Source: Chloroflexota bacterium (GTDB lineage Bacteria > Chloroflexota > Limnocylindria > Limnocylindrales > CSP1-4). From it: DNA of 64,000 nucleotides. Under the pieces are notes generated by a model. That model saw nothing but the letters and a program-made list of their open reading frames with translations, made no database searches and was not told where the DNA came from. The stretch spans positions 12,192 through 76,191 of the forward strand of contig JACQEG010000044.1 of the NCBI GenBank assembly GCA_016200665.1, read 5' to 3'. The stretch's first letter is position 1. Every line of letters starts with the position of its first letter. The translations under genes and the position numbers were made by a program. This document shows positions 1 through 8,806 of this stretch, in pieces.

Positions 1-996
1 CGCGGCGTCTTCCTCGCCAACGAGTCGGAGTGGCAGAGCGTCCTCGCGTCGTACTCGCGGGCCTACGACTGGGCCGGGCTCCGGGCCGGTCTGACCAATC
101 GTCTTCGGATGGCCGTCGTCTCGTCACGCGATCCGGCGCATCAATCGGCCATCGTCGGCGCCACCGTCGCGTCGCGCTTCGTGCCGACGTTGCGGCTTGA
201 CGCGACCCAACCCATCGGCGAGATCGTGCGCGAGCTCAACACCTTCAGGCCCGACGCACTGGTCGGGTATGCGTCGTTGCTCGGGGTCCTGGCCGAGGAG
301 CGGCTCGAGGGCCGTCTGACGATCCTGCCGAAGGGCATCTTCGGCGCCAGCGAGGTGCTGACGGACGATGTGAGGGCGCGGCTCCGCGCGGCGTTCGGCG
401 TGGAGCCAACGAACGTCTACGCCGCGACCGAGACGGCCGGCATCGCCTCGGAGTGCCGGCAGGGCCGGTTGCACGCCTACGAGGACCTCGTGATCGCCGA
501 GATCGTGGACCAGCGGAACCAGCCGGTCGGCCCGGGCGGGTACGGCGCGAAGCTGCTCGTGACCGTGCTCCTGGCGCGCACTCAACCGCTCATCCGCTAC
601 GAGCTTTCCGATCGGGTGCAGCGACTGGACGGTGCGTGCCCGGATGGACTCCCGTTCGGGTTGATCGGTGGCATCGAGGGCCGCGAAGAGGAGGTCCTCA
701 CGCTCGCGGGTGCGCGGGTGCATCCGAATGTGTTCCACTCGGCCCTTCAGGCTGTCCGGGTATCGGGCTGGCAGGTCATCGAGGAGAAGGGGACCCTTCG
801 GGTGCTGCTCGCACGGCCACTCGGACCGATCGTCGCGTCGGACGTCGCGACGCGAATCACCAGCCAGCTCGAGCTCGCCGGCGCGCACGGCGTCCCGATC
901 GAGGTCGCGGTGGTTCCGGAGATCCCGAGGACCCGCCTCGGCAAGGCACCCCTCATCCGTCGATCCAGTGAGCATCAAGGAGAGCAATCCAGATGA
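1..996 (+). CDS. Adenylate-forming enzyme of the phenylacetate-CoA ligase / coenzyme F390 synthetase family, C-terminal part (5' end lies outside the window)
   Basis: Frame 1 is open from nucleotide 1 to the stop at 994-996. The protein has the PaaK-like C-terminal region (AATETAG...RYELSDR...). The frame shows strong GC3 bias. Confidence 0.6.
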   Translation, partial: RGVFLANESEWQSVLASYSRAYDWAGLRAGLTNRLRMAVVSSRDPAHQSAIVGATVASRFVPTLRLDATQPIGEIVRELNTFRPDALVGYASLLGVLAEERLEGRLTILPKGIFGASEVLTDDVRARLRAAFGVEPTNVYAATETAGIASECRQGRLHAYEDLVIAEIVDQRNQPVGPGGYGAKLLVTVLLARTQPLIRYELSDRVQRLDGACPDGLPFGLIGGIEGREEEVLTLAGARVHPNVFHSALQAVRVSGWQVIEEKGTLRVLLARPLGPIVASDVATRITSQLELAGAHGVPIEVAVVPEIPRTRLGKAPLIRRSSEHQGEQSR

Positions 997-1336
997 TGAC
1001 CGAGCGCCCCAGCCATCTGATCGACCCCGTCTGCGGGATGACCGTGCCTTCTGCGGAACGGGCTGCCGCCGGGCCTTCGTCGAAGGCCCCGGCGAGTACC
1101 TGCGGGGCGAAGACCGGCGGGCCGAGGACCTGATCGCCCACGGGGCGCCGCACGACCACGCCGAGCTGCCGGTGATCGACGAGGGCATGCGGCGTTGGTA
1201 CGAGAGCTGCTCGTGCTGCCTGTCCGAGGCGTTCCCGGACATCAAGGCCCAGCTCGATGCCGAGCGCGCCGCGGCCGCCCTGGCGCCGGTCGAGGCCGGC
1301 ATCTGCGAGGTCGCGGAGGCAGCTCCCGGGAGGTGA
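993..1336 (+). pseudogene. YHS/TRASH-type metal-binding domain gene, apparently disrupted: the N-terminal motif lies in one frame and the C-terminal motif in another
   Basis: Frame 3 (993-1133) encodes MMTERPSHLIDPVCGMTV, which carries the DPVCGM.V motif, and then stops after 46 codons. Frame 2 over the same span encodes ..AFCGTGCRRAFVEGPGEYL.., the FCxxGC...F..P..YL half of the domain, and runs to a TGA at 1334-1336, 2 nt before the ATPase GTG. The two halves sit too close together for an intact domain, which implies an internal deletion or frameshift. Confidence 0.4.
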
Positions 1337-1338
1337 CG

Positions 1339-3435
1339 GTGGATCACTCGGCCCACGAGCACAACGAGCCCGCTTCGGCCGCCGGTACCTCGGCGACCGC
1401 GGCGGCGGGCGGCCCCGCTCCCGCGCATGACCATGGCGGCCACGATCGCCACGCTGGCCACTCGGTGGCGATGTTCCGGGACAAGTTCTGGCTGTCGCTG
1501 GCGCTGACCATCCCGGTCATCGTCTGGAGCGGCGACCCGCAGGCCTGGCTCGGCTACGCGGCCCCGGTGTTCCCGGGCTCCGAGCTCGTCCCGGCGCTGC
1601 TCGGCACGGTCGTCTTCGCCTACGGCGGACTGGTCTTCATCCGTGGCGCCCGAACGGAGCTCTGGGACCGCACGCCCGGGATGATGACCCTCATCTCCCT
1701 CGCGATCGCTGTCGCGTTCGTCACGAGCTGGGCCGGGACGCTGCGGCTGTTCGACGTCGAGATCTGGTGGGAACTCGCCACCCTCGTCACGATCATGCTC
1801 CTCGGCCACTGGCTCGAGATGCGTTCGATCGCCCAGGCCCAGGGCGCCCTCGCCGCGCTCGCCGCGCTCCTGCCTGACGTCGCCGAGCGTGTGTCCGGGG
1901 ATGCAGTCGAGACGATCGCGATCGACCGGCTCGCGGCTGGCGACGTCGTCCTCGTCCGGCCCGGCGGCCGGGTGCCGGCCGATGGCGTCATCGTCGAGGG
2001 CGCCGCGGATGTCGACGAGTCGATGATCACCGGCGAGTCGCAGGCCGTCGCCAAGGAGCCGGGGGCGACGGTCATCGCCGGCACGGTCGTCGCGGGTGGC
2101 AGCCTCCGGGTGCGGGTGACTGCGGTCGGCGAAGAGACCGCGCTGTCGGGGATCATGCGGCTCGTGGCGGCTGCCCAGGCGTCGGCGTCTCGGGCGCAGG
2201 CGCTCGCCGATCGAGCCGCGGCGATCCTCTTCTATGTCGCCCTCGTCAGCGGTCTCATGACGCTCGCCTTCTGGTGGCTGCAGGGCGATCGCGAGGGTGC
2301 CCTCGTGCGGACCGCCACCGTCCTCGTCATCGCCTGCCCGCACGCCCTCGGGCTGGCCATCCCGCTCGTCATCGCGATCAGCACCTCGCTCGGTGCGCGC
2401 AACGGCCTGCTCGTGAAGGACCGCCTCGCCCTCGAACGCGCGCGCGACGTCCAGGTGGTGATCTTCGACAAGACCGGCACGCTGACCCAGGGGGCTCCGG
2501 TCCTGGCCGCGGTCGCCGCCGTCGATGGCGACGACCGGAGGCTTCTCGCCCTCGCGGCGGCCGTCGAGGCGGACTCGGAGCACCCGATCGCCAGGGCCAT
2601 CGTGGAGGGCGCCCGGGGTCGTGGGGTCAACGCCGTGTCCGCCCGCCGATTCGAGGCTCTCGCCGGTCGCGGTGCCCGGGCCGAGGTGGACGGTCGCCCG
2701 GTGGCCGTCGGAGGGCCTCGCCTCCTCGCCGAGCTGGGTCTCGAGCCCATGACGGTGACCGATGCATGGGCAGCCGATGGCCAGACCGTCCTGCACGTCA
2801 TCGCCGATGGTCGGGTGCTCGGTGCTCTGGCCGTCGAGGACGGGATTCGGCCCGAATCGATGGAAGCCGTGGCAGCCCTCCATCGCATGGGCATCCGGGT
2901 CGCGATGATCACCGGCGACAGCCAGGCCGTCGCCGGCTCGGTGGCGCGGCGCCTCGCCATCGACGAGGTTGCCGCCGAGGTCCTGCCGGCCGACAAGGCC
3001 GATGCCGTGCGGGCCTTCCAGCGCGGGGGCCGCAGGGTGGCGATGGTCGGCGATGGCGTCAACGATGCGCCGGCGCTGGCCACGGCAGATGTCGGGATCG
3101 CGATCGGAGCGGGCACGGACGTCGCCGTCGAATCGGCCGGCATCGTCCTCGTCCGGAGCGATCCGCGCGATGTCGTCGGGGCGATCCGGCTGTCGCGAGC
3201 GACCTATCGGAAGATGGTCCAGAACCTCGTCTGGGCGACCGCCTACAACCTCCTCGCGATCCCGGTCGCCGCCGGGGTCCTGGTGCCCTGGGGCGTCGAC
3301 CTGCCGATGGCGGTCGGGGCGATCGCCATGAGCGCGTCGACGATCATCGTCGCGGCCAACGCCCAGCTCCTTCGTCGGGTCGAGCTCGGACCGGCCGCCA
3401 CCGCATCGGTGTCCGCGGCCCAGGCCGCCACATAG
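1339..3435 (+). CDS. Copper-translocating P1B-type ATPase, CopB-like, with a His-rich N-terminus and a CPH transmembrane motif
   Basis: Motifs seen are HDHGGHDRHAGH at the N-terminus, TGES, CPH in the VIACPHALGLAIPL segment, DKTGTLT, and GDGVNDAPAL. A GGGAGG RBS sits 8 nt before the GTG at 1339. The ATG at 1195 would overlap the upstream frame. Confidence 0.85.
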   Translation: MDHSAHEHNEPASAAGTSATAAAGGPAPAHDHGGHDRHAGHSVAMFRDKFWLSLALTIPVIVWSGDPQAWLGYAAPVFPGSELVPALLGTVVFAYGGLVFIRGARTELWDRTPGMMTLISLAIAVAFVTSWAGTLRLFDVEIWWELATLVTIMLLGHWLEMRSIAQAQGALAALAALLPDVAERVSGDAVETIAIDRLAAGDVVLVRPGGRVPADGVIVEGAADVDESMITGESQAVAKEPGATVIAGTVVAGGSLRVRVTAVGEETALSGIMRLVAAAQASASRAQALADRAAAILFYVALVSGLMTLAFWWLQGDREGALVRTATVLVIACPHALGLAIPLVIAISTSLGARNGLLVKDRLALERARDVQVVIFDKTGTLTQGAPVLAAVAAVDGDDRRLLALAAAVEADSEHPIARAIVEGARGRGVNAVSARRFEALAGRGARAEVDGRPVAVGGPRLLAELGLEPMTVTDAWAADGQTVLHVIADGRVLGALAVEDGIRPESMEAVAALHRMGIRVAMITGDSQAVAGSVARRLAIDEVAAEVLPADKADAVRAFQRGGRRVAMVGDGVNDAPALATADVGIAIGAGTDVAVESAGIVLVRSDPRDVVGAIRLSRATYRKMVQNLVWATAYNLLAIPVAAGVLVPWGVDLPMAVGAIAMSASTIIVAANAQLLRRVELGPAATASVSAAQAAT

Positions 3436-3445
3436 GGAGGACGTC

Positions 3446-3883
3446 ATGGCCGACCAGCGCCCCGCTGCGTACCTGGAGGCGTTCGAGCGGCGGTGGCCGC
3501 GGATCGAACGCTATGGGCTCGCGGCGGTCGCCATCATCGCCCTGGTCATTGGAGTTGCCTGGCTGGGGATCGCCGCGAATCCCAGCCCGGAGGCGCAGGT
3601 TGCCGGCGACTTCCGCCCGTTCGCCGCAGCCGTTGGGCTGGCGACGATCCTCGCCGGAGGACTTGGCGCGGCACGCCGGCGCGAGGATCTCGTCGTGTCC
3701 ATCCTCGGCGGGCTGGCGGGCGCTTCATTCGCGGTGGCCCTGGCGCTCACGACCCTGCCGGAGACGCGGTGGAGCGTCTTCTCGGCGGCGACGATCTACG
3801 GCGCGCTCGTCGCGGGCGTCCTCGCGTTCCGAGGAGCCTTCGACCGTCGCGCGGAGCGTCCGAGGTCGGTCGCGGGCGTCTGA
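3446..3883 (+). CDS. Hypothetical small membrane protein with 3-4 predicted TM helices
   Basis: A GGGAGG RBS precedes the ATG. The sequence is hydrophobic. It lies 10 nt downstream of the ATPase stop. Confidence 0.55.
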   Translation: MADQRPAAYLEAFERRWPRIERYGLAAVAIIALVIGVAWLGIAANPSPEAQVAGDFRPFAAAVGLATILAGGLGAARRREDLVVSILGGLAGASFAVALALTTLPETRWSVFSAATIYGALVAGVLAFRGAFDRRAERPRSVAGV

Positions 3884-3931
3884 TCCGGCCTCTCCGCCGC
3901 GCGGGGCCACCAAACCCGTGGCCCGGCCCGA

Positions 3932-4639
3932 TCAGGGGCTCGGCGAGGGCAGCACGAAGGTCAGGCTCTGCACGATCGGCTGGGCCTGGGGGACGAGCGT
4001 GTCCATGAGCGAGCCGTCGAACGCGTCCACGTCCACCACGACCGTTCGGCCGTCCACGGCGAGCAGGTCGAGGCGGAGGCGCTCCGTTCCGGCAACGACC
4101 CAGCGGTACGAGGCATTGGCGCCGACGAAGAGTGGCACCGCCGGCAGGCCGTTCGCGAACGGGCAGGACTGCTTCCAGCTCTCCGCGATCGAGACGTCGA
4201 TCTCCACGCCTCGCCGGCCGCCGAGCGTCACCGGGCGCGGCTGGCTCGTCACGAAGCCGGGCCGCGAACGGATCCAGGTCGCGAGCTGCAGGTCGAGCGT
4301 GCCGACCCTGGGCTCGGGAGCCTCGGGGCACGTCGCGGCTTGGGACGCGGGCAGCGGGCCGGAGAAGATGTGGATCCCCGCCTGGTCGGTGACGACCGGC
4401 TGGACCGCGAAGTAGTCGGCGCTGTCGATCGAGATCCACCAACCGGCCGGGAGCGTCACGGAGACCGGCGGCTGGAAGACCAGGGAGCGGTACGTGCCCG
4501 GCGCGAGCGCCACGGGCCCGGACGGGGCGGGCGTGGTCCGGGGGCCCTGGCCAAGCACCGTGCAGCCGCCGACGAGGAGCCCCAGGGCGAGGATGACCAC
4601 CGCGCCGATGGCGAGGACGTCCCGGAGCCTGATCCGCAT
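3932..4639 (-). CDS. Hypothetical lipoprotein with a signal peptide and an LVGGC lipobox
   Basis: This is the C-terminal 235 codons of the 643-aa ORF. The start MRIRLRDVLAIGAVVILALGLLVGGC was verified as 'cat' at 4637-4639. The upstream part of the long ORF is out of frame with the MFS gene. Confidence 0.6.
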   Translation of the reverse strand: MRIRLRDVLAIGAVVILALGLLVGGCTVLGQGPRTTPAPSGPVALAPGTYRSLVFQPPVSVTLPAGWWISIDSADYFAVQPVVTDQAGIHIFSGPLPASQAATCPEAPEPRVGTLDLQLATWIRSRPGFVTSQPRPVTLGGRRGVEIDVSIAESWKQSCPFANGLPAVPLFVGANASYRWVVAGTERLRLDLLAVDGRTVVVDVDAFDGSLMDTLVPQAQPIVQSLTFVLPSPSP

Positions 4640-4779
4640 CGCGGGCGACCGGCGCGCGTTCGCCGACGAGTCGGTCCGCCGGCCGCGCGAATCGCGACGG
4701 CTCCGGCTGGCGCGGTTGGCGGGACGCTGCGGCATGACCCCAATGTACGAGGCGCCGGCCGGCGGACAGGGGCCGTTGG

Positions 4780-6072
4780 TCACTCCGTGACAGGCAAGTC
4801 CTCGACCCGAAGGCCTGTCCGCTCGAGCGCGGCAGGCACCTCCCGCAGCCGCCGCACTGGCGAGAACCACACGAACACGACGCCGAGGGCGGCGCCCAGC
4901 ACCCCGATCGCCATCGCGCCGCGCAGCCCCAGGACCTCGGCCGCGATGCCTCCAGCGACGGCCCCGCCGAGGGCGGTCAGGGTCGTGACGAACTCGACCG
5001 TGGCGTTGACCCGGCCGAGGATCCGACCCTCGACGATCGTCTGGGTCAGCGAGACCTCCAGGATCTCGTAGATCGTCCCGGCCGCGTCCCCGAGCAGCTG
5101 CTGGACGATGAGCATCGCCGCGCCCAGGACGACGGCACCGGCGGGGACGAGGGGGATGAGGGCGTTGCCGGCCGCCGCCCCCGCGAGCCCCAGGATCATC
5201 GCGGCCCCAAGGCCGATCCGGACCGCCAGCCGCCCGGCAAACGCCGCGCCGATGAACGATCCGGCCCCGCCGATCGCCGCGATGACCCCGATCGCCGCGG
5301 CTCCCAGGCCGATCTCCCGGGTCGCGAACAACAGGTAGACCGTGCCGTAGACGCCCCACAGGACGTGGTTCATCGCGTGGGCGCCCATGAGCGCGAGCGG
5401 GACCGGCGAGCGACGGACGACGCGGATCCCCTCGCGGATCTCGTGGAAAACCGGCTCCCGCTCGGACACGGCGGGGCGAGGGGGCTCCGGCTGCCGGATC
5501 GTCATGAGCAGGAGCGCCGACCCGATGTACGACACCGCGTCGACGGCGATCGCGACCGGCGCGCTGAGGAGTTGCACCAGGAAGCCACTGATCCCGAAGC
5601 CAGTGAACTCCGCGGCCGAGGCGCTGGCAGACAGCGCGCTGTTCGCGCCGATGAGCCGGCTCGGCGGGACGATGGTCGGCAGGTAGGCGGCGCTCGCGGT
5701 GTTGAAGAACACCGACAGCGTCGCCGCGAAGAAGGCGACGACGACGAGCTGGGCCATGCCGAGCAGCCCCATGAGGGCCGCGAGCGGGATGGATGCCAGG
5801 AGGACGGCCCGCCCGAGGTCGGCGGCGACCATGATTGGCCGCCGCCGCAGGCGGTCGACCCACGCGCCGGCGAACAGGCCGACGAGCAGGAACCCGAGGA
5901 ACTCGACACTCCGGAGCGCGGCGATGTCGAGCGCGCCGGCGCCGAGGACGTAGATGGCCGCGAGCGGCAGCGCGGTCCGGGTGACGAACGAGCCGACGTA
6001 CGACACCGTCCCCGCCGCGAACAGCCGGACGAACGCGCCGTTGCGCGAGAGGGATCGCTCGGCATCGCTCAC
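4780..6072 (-). CDS. MFS transporter
   Basis: The protein is 430 aa with 12 predicted TM helices and MFS-like loops. It begins with GTG. Confidence 0.85.
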   Translation of the reverse strand: MSDAERSLSRNGAFVRLFAAGTVSYVGSFVTRTALPLAAIYVLGAGALDIAALRSVEFLGFLLVGLFAGAWVDRLRRRPIMVAADLGRAVLLASIPLAALMGLLGMAQLVVVAFFAATLSVFFNTASAAYLPTIVPPSRLIGANSALSASASAAEFTGFGISGFLVQLLSAPVAIAVDAVSYIGSALLLMTIRQPEPPRPAVSEREPVFHEIREGIRVVRRSPVPLALMGAHAMNHVLWGVYGTVYLLFATREIGLGAAAIGVIAAIGGAGSFIGAAFAGRLAVRIGLGAAMILGLAGAAAGNALIPLVPAGAVVLGAAMLIVQQLLGDAAGTIYEILEVSLTQTIVEGRILGRVNATVEFVTTLTALGGAVAGGIAAEVLGLRGAMAIGVLGAALGVVFVWFSPVRRLREVPAALERTGLRVEDLPVTE

Positions 6073-6108
6073 CTCCCGGGGCGGGAGGGGCGCCTCAGCG
6101 GGCAGCCG

Positions 6109-7311
6109 TCACACCGCTCGCCGGCCGGCGAGCCAGACCGACGAGATGCGCTCCCGGATCGTGCCGAGCTCGTATGGATTGCCGCTGACGACGACGAGGT
6201 CGGCGACCTTCCCTGGCTCGATCGTGCCGCGCTCGTCGGCGACACCGAGGAGCTGGGCCGCACTCCGGGTCGTCGCCTCGAGGACGGCCGCGGGCGACAT
6301 GCCGAGCTCGGCCATGAGCGGCAGCTCGCGCAGGTTCAGGCCATGGGCCGTCACGCCGGTGTCCGTGCCCATCGCCAGCCGGACCCCGGCGCCGATCGCG
6401 TTTCGGACCGCGGACTTGTGGGTCTCCACGACGGCGCGAGCCTTCGCCAGCACCGTCGGTGAAATGGAGCCACCTGCCTCGGCGGTCTCGATGACGCCGA
6501 GCGGCGCCACGAGCGTCGGCACGAGCCAGGTCTTGTGCTTGAGCATGAGCTCGATGCCCTCGTCGTCGAGGAAGATGCCGTGCTCGATGGAGCGGATCCC
6601 GGCCCGGACGGCGTTCTTGATCCCGTCGGCCGCCTGGGCGTGGGCCATGACGAACATCCCCGCCGCGGTGGCCTCCTCGACGAGGACCTCGAGCTCGGCC
6701 GGCCGGAAGTGGGCGTGGGCCGGGTTGTCGCGCGGCGACGCCACCCCGCCGGAGGTCGCGACCTTGATGACGTCGGCGCCCATCCGGTGGAGCTCCCGAA
6801 CCTTCCTCCGCATCTCGTCCGGGCCGTCGACGATCGCCGGCGGGACGCCCGGATGGATCGGCAGCAGTCGGATGTCGGCCCCGGACACGTGCCAGTCGTC
6901 CCCGTGGCCGCCGGTCTGGCTGATCATCGCCAGGCTGATCTGCATCCGCGGTCCGGGGATGAGCCCGTTCCGCACGGCCTCCTTGATCCCCAGGTCCGCC
7001 CCGCCCGCGTCGCGGATCGAGGTGATGCCGGCGCCGAGCGTGGCCTTCAGGTGCTTCGCGGCGAGGTAGAAGGCGTAGGAGAACGGCTGGTTCGCGACCT
7101 TCCAGACGTCCACGGATTCGAGCATCACGTGGACGTGGCAGTCGAAGAAGCCCGGCAGGATCGTCGCCCCGTTGACGTCCACCGCCTCGTCGCCATCGAG
7201 GCCCGGCCCGACGTCGACGATCCGGCCGTTCTCGACGACGACGTCAGCCGGGCGCGGGTCGCTGCCCGTGCCATCGAAGACGGAGCCCCCGCGGAACAGG
7301 GTTCGGGTCAT
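6109..7311 (-). CDS. Amidohydrolase-family metal-dependent hydrolase, imidazolonepropionase/prolidase-like
   Basis: It has the HVH metal-binding motif near the N-terminus and typical amidohydrolase His and Asp residues. Its start overlaps the alaX-like stop in an ATGA arrangement. Confidence 0.8.
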   Translation of the reverse strand: MTRTLFRGGSVFDGTGSDPRPADVVVENGRIVDVGPGLDGDEAVDVNGATILPGFFDCHVHVMLESVDVWKVANQPFSYAFYLAAKHLKATLGAGITSIRDAGGADLGIKEAVRNGLIPGPRMQISLAMISQTGGHGDDWHVSGADIRLLPIHPGVPPAIVDGPDEMRRKVRELHRMGADVIKVATSGGVASPRDNPAHAHFRPAELEVLVEEATAAGMFVMAHAQAADGIKNAVRAGIRSIEHGIFLDDEGIELMLKHKTWLVPTLVAPLGVIETAEAGGSISPTVLAKARAVVETHKSAVRNAIGAGVRLAMGTDTGVTAHGLNLRELPLMAELGMSPAAVLEATTRSAAQLLGVADERGTIEPGKVADLVVVSGNPYELGTIRERISSVWLAGRRAV

Positions 7312-8084
7312 GACGCTGCCTCCGGCTGGACCAGCTCAATCCGGATCCGCTTGTTGATCCGGCCCTTCGACTCGTAGCCGGTGACCTTGATCCCGCCGAC
7401 CTCGCGGGTGTTGGCCACGTGCGTCCCGCCATCGGCCTGGAGGTCGAGCCCGACGATCTCGATCGTCCGGACCTCCGGGATCCCCGGCGGGAGGAGGTTG
7501 ATCTTCGTCCGGATCAGGTCCGGGATCGCGAACGCCTCCTCGCGCGGCAGGACGTTGACCTTGACCTCGCGCCCACGACCCAGCTCCTCGTTGACCTTGA
7601 CCTCGATCTCGCCGACGAGGTCGCCGCTCATCCGCTCGAACTCGAAGTCCATCCGACCGGCGCCCGGCTCCATGTTGCCGCCGGTGACCTGCGCGCCGTA
7701 ATCGCGCCAGACGACGCCGCACAGGGCGTGGAGCGCCGTATGGGTCCGCATGAGCGCGTAGCGCCGGGCCCACTCGAGGTCGACCGTGACGACGTCGCCG
7801 GCCTGCGGCGGCTCGATGCCGGGCTCGAGCTGGTGGACGATCTCGCCGTCCTGCTTGCGCGCCGCCACGACCGCCCAGCTGCGGCCGTCGGCCGCCCGGA
7901 GGAGGGACCCCCGGTCGGCCGGCTGCCCGCCGCCGCCGGGATAGAACACGGTTCGATCGAGGACGACGAGCGCGCCGGTCGCGTCGGTCGAGGCCCCGCT
8001 CGCGCCGCCGGCCTCGAGGACCGCGACCACGCGTCCCTCCACGGACCGGGCGTACGCGTCGCGGTAAGCGAGCTGGAGGTTCAC
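7308..8084 (-). CDS. alaX: AlaX-M type alanyl-tRNA editing protein, which deacylates Ser/Gly-tRNA(Ala)
   Basis: It carries the HTALH and CGGTH zinc motifs typical of the AlaRS editing domain. Length is 258 aa. Confidence 0.8.
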   Translation of the reverse strand: MNLQLAYRDAYARSVEGRVVAVLEAGGASGASTDATGALVVLDRTVFYPGGGGQPADRGSLLRAADGRSWAVVAARKQDGEIVHQLEPGIEPPQAGDVVTVDLEWARRYALMRTHTALHALCGVVWRDYGAQVTGGNMEPGAGRMDFEFERMSGDLVGEIEVKVNEELGRGREVKVNVLPREEAFAIPDLIRTKINLLPPGIPEVRTIEIVGLDLQADGGTHVANTREVGGIKVTGYESKGRINKRIRIELVQPEAAS

Positions 8085-8120
8085 GCCGCCGAGGATAGTC
8101 CGCCGGAAATCCCGTCAAAT

Positions 8121-8240
8121 GTCGCGCCTGGCGACATGGCGACCCCCATTTCCGGTCAGGTGTCGGCATTGGGCGACATCTGAGCCTCGGATGACCGATT
8201 CGCGGGATGCCGTGTCGCGTATGGCGACATCTGACGGAGA
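8121..8240. promoter_or_regulatory. Array of three related inverted repeats, (A/G)TGTCGC-N5-GCGACAT, spaced about 45-50 bp apart. The first copy is nested inside an 8-bp inverted repeat, CCGGAAAT...ATTTCCGG
   Basis: The copies are at 8121-8139 (atgtcgc gcctg gcgacat), at 8162-8179 (degenerate), and at 8212-8230 (gtgtcgc gtatg gcgacat). The array starts 37 bp upstream of the alaX-like start codon. Confidence 0.5.
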
Positions 8241-8573
8241 ACTGGGCGCCGCCGGCCTGTGCCGCGGCGACGCCGGATGTCGCGGCGATGCGATGAATCG
8301 GCGGCGCGCCGTCGTCGATCGGCCTCGACGGTGATCGGCGGCACCGGAAATAAGCCGCGGGTGAGCGCCCGCCGGTACGTTCGTTCCGTCGAAACCGGTG
8401 CGCCGGTGGGGTGGTCGGGAGCCCCGGCGTGCAGTCCGGTGGAGTTGGGCCGCCAAAGGTCCCATCGGGGGGCAGGACCTTTGGCGCATCGACGGCGTCA
8501 TGGGGCGTTCGTACGGTGCGTTGGCCGTCCCGGTTCTCTGGCCGGACAGCAACTGAGGAGAGTTGGAGATCCG

Positions 8574-8669
8574 ATGACCGACCGCATCAGACGCGCGTGG
8601 GGCATCGCCCTCGCGGTTGCCCCCTTCGTTGCCGTCGCCCTCGTCGAGGCGGCAATGCGGCGCTGGTGA
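8574..8669 (+). CDS. Candidate micro-ORF of 31 aa encoding a hydrophobic peptide, MTDRIRRAWGIALAVAPFVAVALVEAAMRRW
   Basis: GGAGAG and GGAGA Shine-Dalgarno motifs lie 5-15 nt upstream of the ATG. It encodes a single TM-like helix. It is not supported by homology. Confidence 0.3.
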   Translation: MTDRIRRAWGIALAVAPFVAVALVEAAMRRW

Positions 8670-8806
8670 TCCCAGCGCACCACCACCTTCGGACCTGACG
8701 GTCCCTTCCTCCCGTCAGGCCCAGCTGTTCGAACGAGACCCGGACCCTCCTCCGGGTCTTGTTCCTTTTCCGGCCCGCGTGGCTCGCCGCGCACGTGGCC
8801 GCGGCT

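Noticed and set aside
124-3447. 1107-aa minus-strand ORF spanning the first gene and the whole ATPase
   Set aside because: The protein is Arg/Asp/Gly-rich and low-complexity, and is antisense to a well-supported P-type ATPase. It is a typical high-GC shadow ORF.
2274-4415. 713-aa plus-strand ORF (Arg/Gly/Pro-rich)
   Set aside because: It is out of frame with the ATPase and with downstream genes. It has no motifs and shows a low-complexity RGRP composition.
5365-6462. 365-aa plus-strand ORF antisense to the MFS transporter
   Set aside because: Asp/Arg/Glu-rich low complexity. The MFS gene on the opposite strand is well supported.
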